Assembly: GCA_018816705.1 (NCBI GenBank) | Contig: JAHIVG010000004.1 | Coordinates: forward strand, 1-63,756 | DNA length: 63,756 bases | Direction: 5' to 3' | DNA from: Nanobdellota archaeon | Lineage (GTDB): Archaea; Nanobdellota; Nanobdellia; Woesearchaeales; JAHIVG01 | Shown: positions 8,926-17,549 of the stretch, piece after piece | Position numbering within the stretch: position 1 is the first letter of the stretch | Layout: each line of letters starts with the position of its first letter | Translations under genes and position numbers: made by a program | Notes under the pieces: model-generated | Seen by the model: only the letters and a program-made list of their open reading frames with translations | Told to the model about the DNA's origin: nothing | The model's database searches: none

Positions 8926-10256
8926 GGCATTCGATCGGTGAGCTCGTGCTGAAGCTCGAGCAGGGAAGGATCGTTTCGGAATCTGACATCTCGGTCACAG
9001 GCCTGGATTTCGAGGGCATAATCAAGGATTTCATCTGTCGGAACAGGCCTGCCCTCCTGAAGGTGCTTGAAAGACAGCCTCTGCATTACAATCTCAGGAA
9101 TGTATCCTGCCAGGAAGATGCCTATGTCCTGGAGTTCGAGGAGAGGGATGATTGGTCAGATGTCCAAGAATGCCTCAAGGCAGCCGAGCGGATACGCCAG
9201 GAACCGAAGGCCATGAACGAGGGATGGGAAAGGCTCTCGGCAAGAGTGAAGGAAGTGGCAGCGCATTACGGCGTCGATTCGGTTGCAGAGCTGGCAGAGA
9301 TTCCCAGCTTCAGGATCAAGCGTACAGCGATGGCGCTGGACAAGGGGTTTGGCACATGGTATTATCTCTACAAAGGAGAACCCGGGAAATATTTCATTGT
9401 GGTGCCGAATTTTGGAGAGCCTTTGCGAGGAGACCCAATTTTCGGTAACTTGGAAGATACTTCAGCAATTGCTCAAAACCTCAGGCCTCACATCGTTCTC
9501 CAGCGCGTGGACATCTCCCGTGAGTTCCATAAGCTCATTGATGAGAAGGCCAAGGAACTTGAGGACACAGGCCTGAGCCTGCTCGATCCTTACGCCCTCT
9601 CGCTCTACAGGTTCCAACACAGGGTTGAAGGCCCATTGCACCCGGACATCTTCAAGCATGCTATCATCCGTCCGACAGAGGACAAGGACCTGGAGTATAC
9701 CTTGAAGAAGCTGTTCAAAGCGATAAGTCGGCTGGAGCCTAAGGAAGAGTATGGAGCCCTGCTGGTGCCAGAGAATTATCCAAAGGATTCCCCATCTCAT
9801 AAACACCCGTTCTATTCGTTGGCTGAACACACTCATCAGGTTCTCAGTGAGGCATATGATAAAACTACTCAGTATAATCGTTACAGGGATGATCAAGGGA
9901 ACTTAGCTTTAAGGGATGTTTCGCATGGGAAGAAAGAGATCATGGACCAGACTTTGGTTTCCACACCGAAAGCGAATTATATCTTCACTTGCTCCATGCC
10001 AAATAATTTCAGGCTCGATAGCCTGACCGAGATCTTCACCTCCGATGCGTCTGATGAAAAAAAGTTCATGCAGACATTCCTGATTGTTCACACAGACCTC
10101 ATCGAGCTTGGTTCTTACAGACAGGGCCAGGAGCCAAGATTCATATTATACTCTAGCAGGGATATTTACGAGAAGGCGATGCGTTATCGGGCTGAGAAAA
10201 AAGAGTTGGATTCAGCCCGAAAAGCATATAAATACCGTTCGGCTTCTCAGCCATGA
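8922..10256 (+). CDS. Hypothetical protein, tandem paralog 3 of 3 (444 aa; lacks the middle module)
   Basis: ATGA overlap with paralog 2. The N-terminal module (..YVLEFEERDDW.DVQECLKAAERIRQ..VDSVAELAEIPSFRIK..) and C-terminal module (SDEKKFMQTFL..DLIELG) match paralogs 1 and 2. Confidence 0.75.
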   Translation: MRHSIGELVLKLEQGRIVSESDISVTGLDFEGIIKDFICRNRPALLKVLERQPLHYNLRNVSCQEDAYVLEFEERDDWSDVQECLKAAERIRQEPKAMNEGWERLSARVKEVAAHYGVDSVAELAEIPSFRIKRTAMALDKGFGTWYYLYKGEPGKYFIVVPNFGEPLRGDPIFGNLEDTSAIAQNLRPHIVLQRVDISREFHKLIDEKAKELEDTGLSLLDPYALSLYRFQHRVEGPLHPDIFKHAIIRPTEDKDLEYTLKKLFKAISRLEPKEEYGALLVPENYPKDSPSHKHPFYSLAEHTHQVLSEAYDKTTQYNRYRDDQGNLALRDVSHGKKEIMDQTLVSTPKANYIFTCSMPNNFRLDSLTEIFTSDASDEKKFMQTFLIVHTDLIELGSYRQGQEPRFILYSSRDIYEKAMRYRAEKKELDSARKAYKYRSASQP

Positions 10257-10552
10257 TGAGGGTGAGGTACAAGCTCTGGCTGGAGCACAAGGGCGAGCCC
10301 CTGCTCGGAGAGGGCCGTTATAGCATACTGAAGCTGCTCGAGGAGACGAATTCTGTCCAGCGCACAGCAGCTGTCCTGAGCATCGCTCCCAAGACTATAT
10401 ACAACTACATCAGCCGCATGGAATCCAGGCTTGGCAAGGACATCCTGATAGCCAAGAAGGGCGGTAGGCTCGGAGGAGCGAAGGTCTTCCTCACGCCGGC
10501 GGGCAAGAGGCTTATTGCCGAATATGAGGAAGCGAAGAAGAGGTTCAGATGA
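10253..10552 (+). CDS. ModE N-terminal-domain-like winged-helix transcriptional regulator (99 aa)
   Basis: The stretch ..LGEGRYSILKLLEETNSVQRTAAVLSIAPKTIYNYISRMESRLG..L..KKGG..GGAKVFLTPAGKRL.. resembles the ModE/LysR-type HTH N-domain. Sits directly upstream of the Mo/W cofactor genes, with ATGA overlaps on both sides. Confidence 0.7.
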   Translation: MMRVRYKLWLEHKGEPLLGEGRYSILKLLEETNSVQRTAAVLSIAPKTIYNYISRMESRLGKDILIAKKGGRLGGAKVFLTPAGKRLIAEYEEAKKRFR

Positions 10553-11796
10553 TAGATTACCTGCGCGTATCGATAACCGGAAGGTGCAATCTCAGCTGCG
10601 ACTACTGCCACAGGGAAGGCAATTCCGACACTTCCGACTTAAGTCTTGATAAATTCAAGGAGATAATCAAGGCCGCGCATGATACCGGCTTCCGCAAGCT
10701 GAAGCTCACCGGAGGGGAGCCGTTGCTCCATCCCCATCTGATCGACATGATAAGCTCAGCCAAGAGCACAGGCTTCAAGGACATCTCGCTCGTCACAAAC
10801 GGACTGATGTTACACGAGAAGGCAGAAGCCCTCAGAGCTGTCGGCTTAGACAGGCTGAACATCGGCTGTGATTCTCTCACCGGTCCGAGCGGCAAGACCG
10901 TCCAGAAGATTTCCGCAGGATTGAGGTCAGCGAAAGAAGCAGGCTTTGATCCGGTCAAGCTGAACATGGTCGTGCTGAAAGGCATCAACGACCATAAGAT
11001 CCAGGACATGATATCCTTCGCAGCCGAGAACGATGTCATGCTGCAGCTGATAGAGCTCATCCCGTTGGGCTGCAGCCCTGATTTCTTCAAGAGGCATTTC
11101 TTCTCCCTCGACGATGTCGAGAAGGATCTGTCAAAAGGTGCTGACAAGACTGTTGAGAGAGGGATGCAGGGAAGGAAGCAATATCATTACCAAGGTGCAA
11201 TTGTCGAGGTAGTTGGCCCGCATAAGGATGATTTCTGCGCTAACTGCACAAAGCTCAGGGTGGACAACCATGGCTTCATCAAGCCATGCCTGAAGGATGA
11301 CACGCTCATCGACTTCAACGGCCAGGACTCATTGAAGCTCGCGATAAAGATGAAGGAGGTAAAAAAAATGATAGACATATCATCGAAGGAGATTACGCCA
11401 AGGACTGCCTCGGCGTCTGGAAGGATAGTGCTGAAGAAAGCCACGATGGATACCATAAAGCAGAAGAAGATAAAGAAGGGAGACCCGTTCGAGGCCTCTA
11501 AGACAGCGGCCATGTACGCTGTGAAGAACACCCATAACCTGATACCTTACTGCCACCCGCTGCCGGTCGAGTCGGTCAAGATGGATTTCGAGATGCTGGA
11601 CGACGGGATAAGGATGGTCATCACTGTCAAGGCCCGCTACCGCACCGGCGTGGAGATGGAAGCATTGAACGGGGTGCTCATAGGCCTCTCGACCATCTGG
11701 GACATGGTGAAGTATCTCGAGAAAGACAGCAAGGGACAATATCCTGACACCAGGATCACTGATGTCCGCATCGATGAGAAGACCAAGGGGGCATGA
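10549..11796 (+). CDS. moaA: MoaA (GTP 3',8-cyclase, radical SAM) fused in-frame to MoaC (cyclic pyranopterin monophosphate synthase), 415 aa
   Basis: N-terminal radical-SAM CNLSCDYC (CX3CX2C). Second cluster motif CANCTKLRVDNHGFIKPC (CX2CX13C). The C-terminal 142 aa carry MoaC-like NLIPYCHPLP and GVEMEALNGV. The junction lies in an A8 run with an internal GGAGGT-N7-ATG (see findings). Confidence 0.85.
   Translation: MIDYLRVSITGRCNLSCDYCHREGNSDTSDLSLDKFKEIIKAAHDTGFRKLKLTGGEPLLHPHLIDMISSAKSTGFKDISLVTNGLMLHEKAEALRAVGLDRLNIGCDSLTGPSGKTVQKISAGLRSAKEAGFDPVKLNMVVLKGINDHKIQDMISFAAENDVMLQLIELIPLGCSPDFFKRHFFSLDDVEKDLSKGADKTVERGMQGRKQYHYQGAIVEVVGPHKDDFCANCTKLRVDNHGFIKPCLKDDTLIDFNGQDSLKLAIKMKEVKKMIDISSKEITPRTASASGRIVLKKATMDTIKQKKIKKGDPFEASKTAAMYAVKNTHNLIPYCHPLPVESVKMDFEMLDDGIRMVITVKARYRTGVEMEALNGVLIGLSTIWDMVKYLEKDSKGQYPDTRITDVRIDEKTKGA
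11355..11360 (+). promoter_or_regulatory. Internal Shine-Dalgarno (GGAGGT) 7 nt upstream of the in-frame ATG that begins the MoaC domain
   Basis: The sequence atgaaGGAGGTaaaaaaaATGatagac lies inside the moaA-moaC ORF. Confidence 0.5.
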
Positions 11797-11797
11797 C

Positions 11798-12301
11798 ATG
11801 GACATACCGTCTCTGCACAAGAGAGATGCGCCGAAGACGGCGTCAGCAGCCATAATCACGGTCTCCAGCCGTTTTTCAGGGGAGAAGGGTGATGCCGGTG
11901 GGGATCTGATAGAGAGGATGCTCAAAGATGCTCATATCCAGGTTGTCTCAAGGGACCGGGTTCCTGACGAGCTAGAGCTGATAACCGAGAGAATAAGAAA
12001 CTCGGCAGAGAAGGCCGATCTGATCATAACTACCGGCGGCACAGGACTTTCCAAAGATGATTTTACTGTTGAAGCGGCCCATCCATTGTTCGACAAGGAG
12101 CTGAAGGCATTTCATGTCCTGTTCACCCAGCTGAGCCATGGGCAGATAGGCAGCTCAGCTGTGATGTCCAACGCGACAGCAGGGATCATCGGCAATTCTG
12201 TCTGCTTCTGCCTTCCAGGCAGCCCGGATGCGTGCAGGCTTGCGCTGGAGAAGATAATCCTCCCTGAGATATCCCACATCAAGCAACAGGTGAGAAAATG
12301 A
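11798..12301 (+). CDS. moaB: MoaB/Mog-family molybdopterin adenylyltransferase (167 aa)
   Basis: AAIITVSSRFSGEKGD.GG.., ..DLIITTGGTGLSKDDFT.., ..PGSPDAC.. are typical MoaB/MogA motifs. ATG 11798 follows AAGGGGG. The ORF-track start at 11762 would overlap moaAC. Confidence 0.8.
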   Translation: MDIPSLHKRDAPKTASAAIITVSSRFSGEKGDAGGDLIERMLKDAHIQVVSRDRVPDELELITERIRNSAEKADLIITTGGTGLSKDDFTVEAAHPLFDKELKAFHVLFTQLSHGQIGSSAVMSNATAGIIGNSVCFCLPGSPDACRLALEKIILPEISHIKQQVRK

Positions 12302-13128
12302 AAAGGACAACATTATTTGTTACAGTTTTTTCCTTGTTGGTCGTGCTCGGCGGAATCTATGCCGTAATGACGCCCGAGGAGAAAATCCTCCGCCTGGCCA
12401 CGACGACAAGCACATATGATTCTGGATTGCTGGATTACATAATCCCTGTGTTCGAAGAAAAGTACAACATTGAAGTTCAGATAATTTCTGTTGGAACAGG
12501 CCAGGCGATCACGAATGGCGAGAGAGGCGACGTTGATGTTATAATGGTTCATTCACCTGAGGCTGAACTCAAGTTCATTGACAAAAGATATGGCATTGAC
12601 AGGTACTGCGTGATGTATAACGACTTCGTGATTGTCGGACCTGCAGAGGATCCAGCAGGCATAAAAGGCATGAACATCAAAGATGCGATGGGCGTCATCT
12701 CTGACCAGGAGGCCATATTTGTGTCGAGGGGTGATGACTCAGGCACACACAAGAAAGAGCTGAAGCTCTGGAAAGCATCAGGTATGATGCCGGCTGGAAG
12801 CTGGTACCTGGAGTCAGGCGACGGCATGGGGATGACGTTGCAGCTTGCGTCTGAAAAAGGCGCTTATACGCTTACTGACAGGGCGACCTTCACCTTCAGG
12901 AAAAAGACTCTTGACCTTGAGATACTTGTCGATGGCGACATCGGATTGCTGAACCCTTATGGCATAATCGCTGTCAACCCGGATATGCATCCTTCCGTAG
13001 ACTATGAATCAGCGACAGATTTCATCGACTGGTTCAAGGAGCCTTTGACACAGCAGCTTATTGCTCAATACCGAGTTGATGGTGAGCAGCTTTTCACGCC
13101 CCTGAACGGCGAATGCATCGGAGGCTAG
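12298..13128 (+). CDS. tupA: Tungstate/molybdate ABC transporter substrate-binding protein, TupA-like (276 aa)
   Basis: N-terminal hydrophobic anchor. Carries the TTTS motif (LATTTSTYDSGLL) and SRGDDSGTH, which I associate with TupA-type tungstate binding proteins. ATGA overlap with moaB. Confidence 0.75.
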   Translation: MKRTTLFVTVFSLLVVLGGIYAVMTPEEKILRLATTTSTYDSGLLDYIIPVFEEKYNIEVQIISVGTGQAITNGERGDVDVIMVHSPEAELKFIDKRYGIDRYCVMYNDFVIVGPAEDPAGIKGMNIKDAMGVISDQEAIFVSRGDDSGTHKKELKLWKASGMMPAGSWYLESGDGMGMTLQLASEKGAYTLTDRATFTFRKKTLDLEILVDGDIGLLNPYGIIAVNPDMHPSVDYESATDFIDWFKEPLTQQLIAQYRVDGEQLFTPLNGECIGG

Positions 13129-13131
13129 GTA

Positions 13132-13830
13132 ATGGGAGTCATTATCGAGGGATTTGTCGAAGCATCGCGCCTGATACTGACCCTTGACCCTGAAATAGTC
13201 GCAATAACCTGGTTATCGCTCAAGGTCTCTGTATCGGCTGTCGTACTAGGCTTCATTCTTGCAATGCCTATTGCATTGGCCCTTTCTTTCTACAATTTTC
13301 CCGGCAAGCAGTTTTTGGTGAACATTGTCAACACTTTGATGGGGCTCCCGCCAGTGGTTGTAGGACTTTTCGTCTACCTGATCCTCTCTGCGTCAGGGCC
13401 ACTTGGTTTCATGCAGCTGCTCTACTCGCCGGCTGCCATGATCATAGCCCAGCTCATAATCGTCATCCCGATAATTGCTGCGATAAGCTATAACTCAATT
13501 TCCTCGTTGGATTCCAGGCTGAAGGAGACAGCAGTATCCCTTGGAGCAAATAATCTCCAGGCGATGTGGCTTCTCATAATGGAAGCGCGGAAAGGGATCG
13601 TGACATCCATAATTGCTGGCTTCGGAGCCGCCATATCAGAAGTCGGTGCGATATTCATAGTCGGCGGAAACATAAGGTTTCACACAAGGGCATTGACCAC
13701 TGCAATAATGCTCGAGACAAGGAGGGGGCAGTTTGAGCTGGCGATTGCGTTAGGGATAATCCTTTTGGCAATGGCTTTCGCTGTCAACATCATACTCACA
13801 AGATACCAAGCGAGGGGCATCCCGAGATGA
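13132..13830 (+). CDS. tupB: ABC transporter permease, TupB-like (232 aa)
   Basis: Multi-TM protein with an EAA-like loop (KETAVSLGANNLQ..). GGAGGC precedes the ATG. Lies between the binding protein and the ATPase. Confidence 0.8.
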   Translation: MGVIIEGFVEASRLILTLDPEIVAITWLSLKVSVSAVVLGFILAMPIALALSFYNFPGKQFLVNIVNTLMGLPPVVVGLFVYLILSASGPLGFMQLLYSPAAMIIAQLIIVIPIIAAISYNSISSLDSRLKETAVSLGANNLQAMWLLIMEARKGIVTSIIAGFGAAISEVGAIFIVGGNIRFHTRALTTAIMLETRRGQFELAIALGIILLAMAFAVNIILTRYQARGIPR

Positions 13831-14531
13831 TACTTGAGTTAAAAGGGATTACGAAGACGTATGGGCAGCAGAAAGTGCTTGACTCTGTCTGTTTTTCAGT
13901 AGGAAAGCCAGAATTCTTCACGATCCTTGGCCCTAGCGGGGCTGGGAAGACCACACTCCTGAAGATAATCACCGGGTTCATCAGTTCAAGCGGTACTGTT
14001 CATTTCAAGGGCAGGAGATTAAACAATGGCTTCCCTGAAGGCATGGTCATAGGATTCCAGAACCCTATAATGTTCAACACTTCCGTCTTCAACAACATTA
14101 CTTACGGCCTGAAGATAAGGAAAAAGACAAGCAATTACATTGAGGGGAAGCTCAGGGATGTTCTCCATATCGTGCGGATAAACGATCTTAAGAGAAATGC
14201 CCTTAGCCTTTCTGGCGGAGAGGTACAAAGGGTGGCGCTGGCAAGGCTCTTGATGTTGGATCCCGAGCTCATACTGCTGGACGAGCCTACGGCGCACCTG
14301 GACCCGAGCAACGTTGGCAACATAGAGCATATCCTCCATAAAGTCAATAAGGAGATGGGCAAGACCATAATACTCGCCACCCACAACATCAACCAGGCAA
14401 AAAGGTTGTCTGACAGGCTTATGCTCCTAATCGATGGCAGGACCGTGGAGATTTCTGACAATGAGACCTTTTTCAATAAGCCCAAAAGCGCCGAGACGTC
14501 GAGATTTCTGAAAGGTGATATCGTATGGTAA
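13827..14531 (+). CDS. tupC: ABC transporter ATP-binding protein, TupC-like (234 aa)
   Basis: Walker A GPSGAGKTT, signature LSGGEVQRVALAR, Walker B LILLDEPTAHLD. ATGA overlap with the permease gene. Confidence 0.85.
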   Translation: MILELKGITKTYGQQKVLDSVCFSVGKPEFFTILGPSGAGKTTLLKIITGFISSSGTVHFKGRRLNNGFPEGMVIGFQNPIMFNTSVFNNITYGLKIRKKTSNYIEGKLRDVLHIVRINDLKRNALSLSGGEVQRVALARLLMLDPELILLDEPTAHLDPSNVGNIEHILHKVNKEMGKTIILATHNINQAKRLSDRLMLLIDGRTVEISDNETFFNKPKSAETSRFLKGDIVW

Positions 14532-15733
14532 AGCAGGGCTTTGGGGAACTGGCAGGCGCAAAGGAAGCGCTGAAGATCGCCATGTCCATTTGCAGGCCGC
14601 TTCCAGGGGAATCTTGCAGGGTCGAGGATTGCCTAGGAAGGGTTCTATCATCAGATGTCAAAGCGGGGATTGATGTCCCGCATTTCAACAAATCTGCCAT
14701 GGACGGTTATGCTGTGGTCGCATCTGACATCTTTGGCGCGAGCAACACGGATCCGATATCCCTCAAGCTGGTTGAGAAGATAGATGCAGGCAAAGTCCCG
14801 AAAAAAGCATTAACGAAAGGCTTATGCTCTGAGATTGCTACCGGCGCACCAATGCCTGTGGGTGCTGATGCAGTGGTGATGGTTGAATACACCGAGGCTG
14901 ACAAGGGCATTGTCAAGGTCTACAAGAGCATTGCTCCGGGCCAGAACGTCAACAAGGTCGGGAGCGACATAAGGAAAGGCTCTGTCGTCCTGAATAAAGG
15001 TATTCTTATCAAGCCGAGGCATTCCGGGGTCATGACCGCGCTGGGCCTGCAGGAAATCAAGGTCAAGACCAGGATAAAGGTCGCAATCATCTCCACCGGA
15101 GACGAAATAATCGAACCGGGCGAAAAGTTGGAGCCCGGCAGGATATATGACATAAACTCGCGGACAATCATCGACGCTGTCAAGGAATATGGTGCAATCC
15201 CTGTCTTCCTAGGGATAGCTAGGGATGACAAAGCAGATTACAAAGAAAAAATCCTCAAAGGCGTGGGAGAGGCTGATATTATCCTTCTTTCCGGCAGCTC
15301 ATCCCTCGGCGCAGAAGACATAATGACCGATGTCCTGGCAGATATCGGGAAGATACATGTCCATGGCATCGCGGTCAAGCCAGGCAAGCCGACAGTCATC
15401 GCTGAAGTCAAGGATAAGCTGGTGATCGGCCTCCCTGGATATCCGACGAGCGCGTTGTCCAATTTCTACATCATCGTCAGACCCGTCTTTGACTCAATGC
15501 TCGGAGTGAAGAGGAAAGGCGGATTCGTGCATGTAAAACTCTCGAGAAAGGTAGCCTCCACTATCGGCAGGCACGAATTCCTGGCAGTCAAATTAGATAA
15601 GGGCCTTGCAGTACCGGTGCAAAGGGGCTCATCTGCGATTACTACGCTTTCTGAAGCAGATGGCTTCATCGAGATCCCAAACAATGTCGAGGTGCTGGAG
15701 AAAGGAGAACAGGTTGAGGTGAGGCTGTTTTGA
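14525..15733 (+). CDS. moeA: MoeA molybdopterin molybdenum/tungsten transferase (402 aa)
   Basis: ..DVPHFNKSAMDGYAV.., ..ATGAPMP.GADAVVMVE.., ..ISTGDEI..PG.., ..SGSSS.G..D.. , ..GIAVKPGKP.. are the characteristic MoeA/gephyrin-E pattern. Confidence 0.85.
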   Translation: MVKQGFGELAGAKEALKIAMSICRPLPGESCRVEDCLGRVLSSDVKAGIDVPHFNKSAMDGYAVVASDIFGASNTDPISLKLVEKIDAGKVPKKALTKGLCSEIATGAPMPVGADAVVMVEYTEADKGIVKVYKSIAPGQNVNKVGSDIRKGSVVLNKGILIKPRHSGVMTALGLQEIKVKTRIKVAIISTGDEIIEPGEKLEPGRIYDINSRTIIDAVKEYGAIPVFLGIARDDKADYKEKILKGVGEADIILLSGSSSLGAEDIMTDVLADIGKIHVHGIAVKPGKPTVIAEVKDKLVIGLPGYPTSALSNFYIIVRPVFDSMLGVKRKGGFVHVKLSRKVASTIGRHEFLAVKLDKGLAVPVQRGSSAITTLSEADGFIEIPNNVEVLEKGEQVEVRLF

Positions 15734-16176
15734 CAGGGAAAATAATCTCAATAAACATCAGTGAGAAGAAAGGCACTCCCAAGGACCCTGTCGACGAGGC
15801 AGAGCTGAGGGTTGATCATGGCATAGTGGGCGATGCGCACGCCGGCCCGGGCATAAGGCAGGTATCTCTCATGGCGTCCGAGGACATAGAGGAGTTCAAG
15901 AGAACGGCAGCATCCAAGGTCTGCATCAAGCATGGCATCTTCGGGGAAAACTTGACCACTGAAGGTATAGACCTCGAAAAACTGCAGATCGGCGACAGGC
16001 TAAAGGTCGGCGAGGCCATCATCGAGATCACCAAGAAAGGCAAGGAATGCCACATCCCTTGCTCCATCGGCAGGACAGTTGGAAAATGCATCATGCCCGA
16101 GAAGGGTGTGTTCGGGAAGGTGTTGAAGGGTGGGATGATAAGTAAAGGCGATCAGATCAGGAAAATCGTCTCTTAA
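15730..16176 (+). CDS. MOSC-domain protein (148 aa)
   Basis: GKIISINISEKKGTPKDPV..A.L..DHGIVGDAHAG.GIRQVSL.. resembles the MOSC (Mo cofactor sulfurase C-terminal) beta-barrel family. The TTG start overlaps the moeA stop, so the start is uncertain. Confidence 0.65.
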   Translation: MTGKIISINISEKKGTPKDPVDEAELRVDHGIVGDAHAGPGIRQVSLMASEDIEEFKRTAASKVCIKHGIFGENLTTEGIDLEKLQIGDRLKVGEAIIEITKKGKECHIPCSIGRTVGKCIMPEKGVFGKVLKGGMISKGDQIRKIVS

Positions 16177-16925
16177 AGCCTCATCTTCTGCCACCTGGTC
16201 AGCATCGGCCTCTGTATGGTCTGCTCATAGGCCTTGTCCAGGTTCACAAGATGCCATTCCAATTCTTTCCTCGCCTTCTCGACAGGGATTCTCTGCTCGA
16301 CAAAAGCCTCATAATCCATCCTCAGAGGGTTCCCGAAGTTCCGCAGGCAGACACTCTGCCATGCCTGCTGGTGTAAGAGATAACCTACTTTATTCAGGTC
16401 ATCGATCCTATATTTGAGATATTCCTCGGGATTGTCCTTGAAAGGGATGAGTTCTCTCACCCTGTCCTCTGCTGTCTGCACATGATCCCTGACCACGCCT
16501 TCTGCATCCGTGACCGGCTCGAAATAAATCATCTTTTCTTTCATCTGCCCATCTTCCTCACAGGAGATGATAGCCTTGCTTTCTTCGGCGATCAGGGGCC
16601 CTTCAACGTATTCCCCCATAATGATGACCTGACTGATGTCGCTCCATCCGAATCCTGCGGGCTTGGGCCATTCGTAAGCATCATCCTGGAGGTATTGCGG
16701 CACGAGCATGCTCTTGCACACCGTATCCCTGAATAGGTAGAATCCGTACAGGATGTAACTCATGACCTCTCCAACATCTCCGGTCTCTTCCAGATGCTGT
16801 TTCGCGGAGTCGACCATGGCCTTGGGGATGAACCTCATCCGGCTCTCAAACGGCTCCAGCTTCTTCCCATAAGCCATTCCGCTCAGCTGGCTCGCAGATA
16901 ATTCCTTTGGTTTTCGCTTGAACAT
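16173..16925 (-). CDS. Hypothetical protein (250 aa)
   Basis: Clean 753-nt ORF convergent with the MOSC gene (4-nt overlap). No family recognised. Confidence 0.55.
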   Translation of the reverse strand: MFKRKPKELSASQLSGMAYGKKLEPFESRMRFIPKAMVDSAKQHLEETGDVGEVMSYILYGFYLFRDTVCKSMLVPQYLQDDAYEWPKPAGFGWSDISQVIIMGEYVEGPLIAEESKAIISCEEDGQMKEKMIYFEPVTDAEGVVRDHVQTAEDRVRELIPFKDNPEEYLKYRIDDLNKVGYLLHQQAWQSVCLRNFGNPLRMDYEAFVEQRIPVEKARKELEWHLVNLDKAYEQTIQRPMLTRWQKMRL

Positions 16926-16999
16926 GAAGGGGGGTATGTCCAGGTGATATATTAATCATTGTAGAAACCTTTAAATAACTCGATTCCACTGTTTCTGGC

Positions 17000-17545
17000 A
17001 TGAAGGAGCATTTCCATGCCATCAAGGACAAGTACGACGGCTTCTACAGGAAGATGATGAAGGACGGCATGCTACCCATGCGCTCCACTGACACAGGCTT
17101 CTGGCACGCGAGCATCAACCATGAGGTCTTCGAGGCCTTCCAGAAGATAGGCATCCACAAGGGCAAGCGCTTCTTGGATCTGGGGAGCGGAGACGGCTCT
17201 GTGGTTCTGATAGCCTCTCTATTCGGCCCGAAATGCGTCGGAGTGGAATCCGATGAGTGGCTCGTCATGGTGTCGAAGCGTATCCAGGGCGAACTTAAGC
17301 ATCTGCCAAAGGTCCCTACTGCATCCTTCATCAACCAGGACTTCATGTCCTACCCGGTGCACGGCTTCGACTTCATCTACCTCTGCCCTGACACCCCTCT
17401 CTACAGGGGATTAGAGACCAAGCTGCTGGATGAGATGAAGGGAAAACTTATCCTGTACGGCAACAACTTCTTCCCCCAGCACCTGAAAGAAGAGCAGAGC
17501 TTCGACGTCAACGGCACCAGGGTCGGGGTCTATAAGAAAGAATAA
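17000..17545 (+). CDS. Class I SAM-dependent methyltransferase-like protein (181 aa)
   Basis: Motif I-like FLDLGSGDGSVVLIASLFG followed by the acidic VGVESDE. Substrate unknown. Confidence 0.6.
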   Translation: MKEHFHAIKDKYDGFYRKMMKDGMLPMRSTDTGFWHASINHEVFEAFQKIGIHKGKRFLDLGSGDGSVVLIASLFGPKCVGVESDEWLVMVSKRIQGELKHLPKVPTASFINQDFMSYPVHGFDFIYLCPDTPLYRGLETKLLDEMKGKLILYGNNFFPQHLKEEQSFDVNGTRVGVYKKE

Positions 17546-17549
17546 AAAA

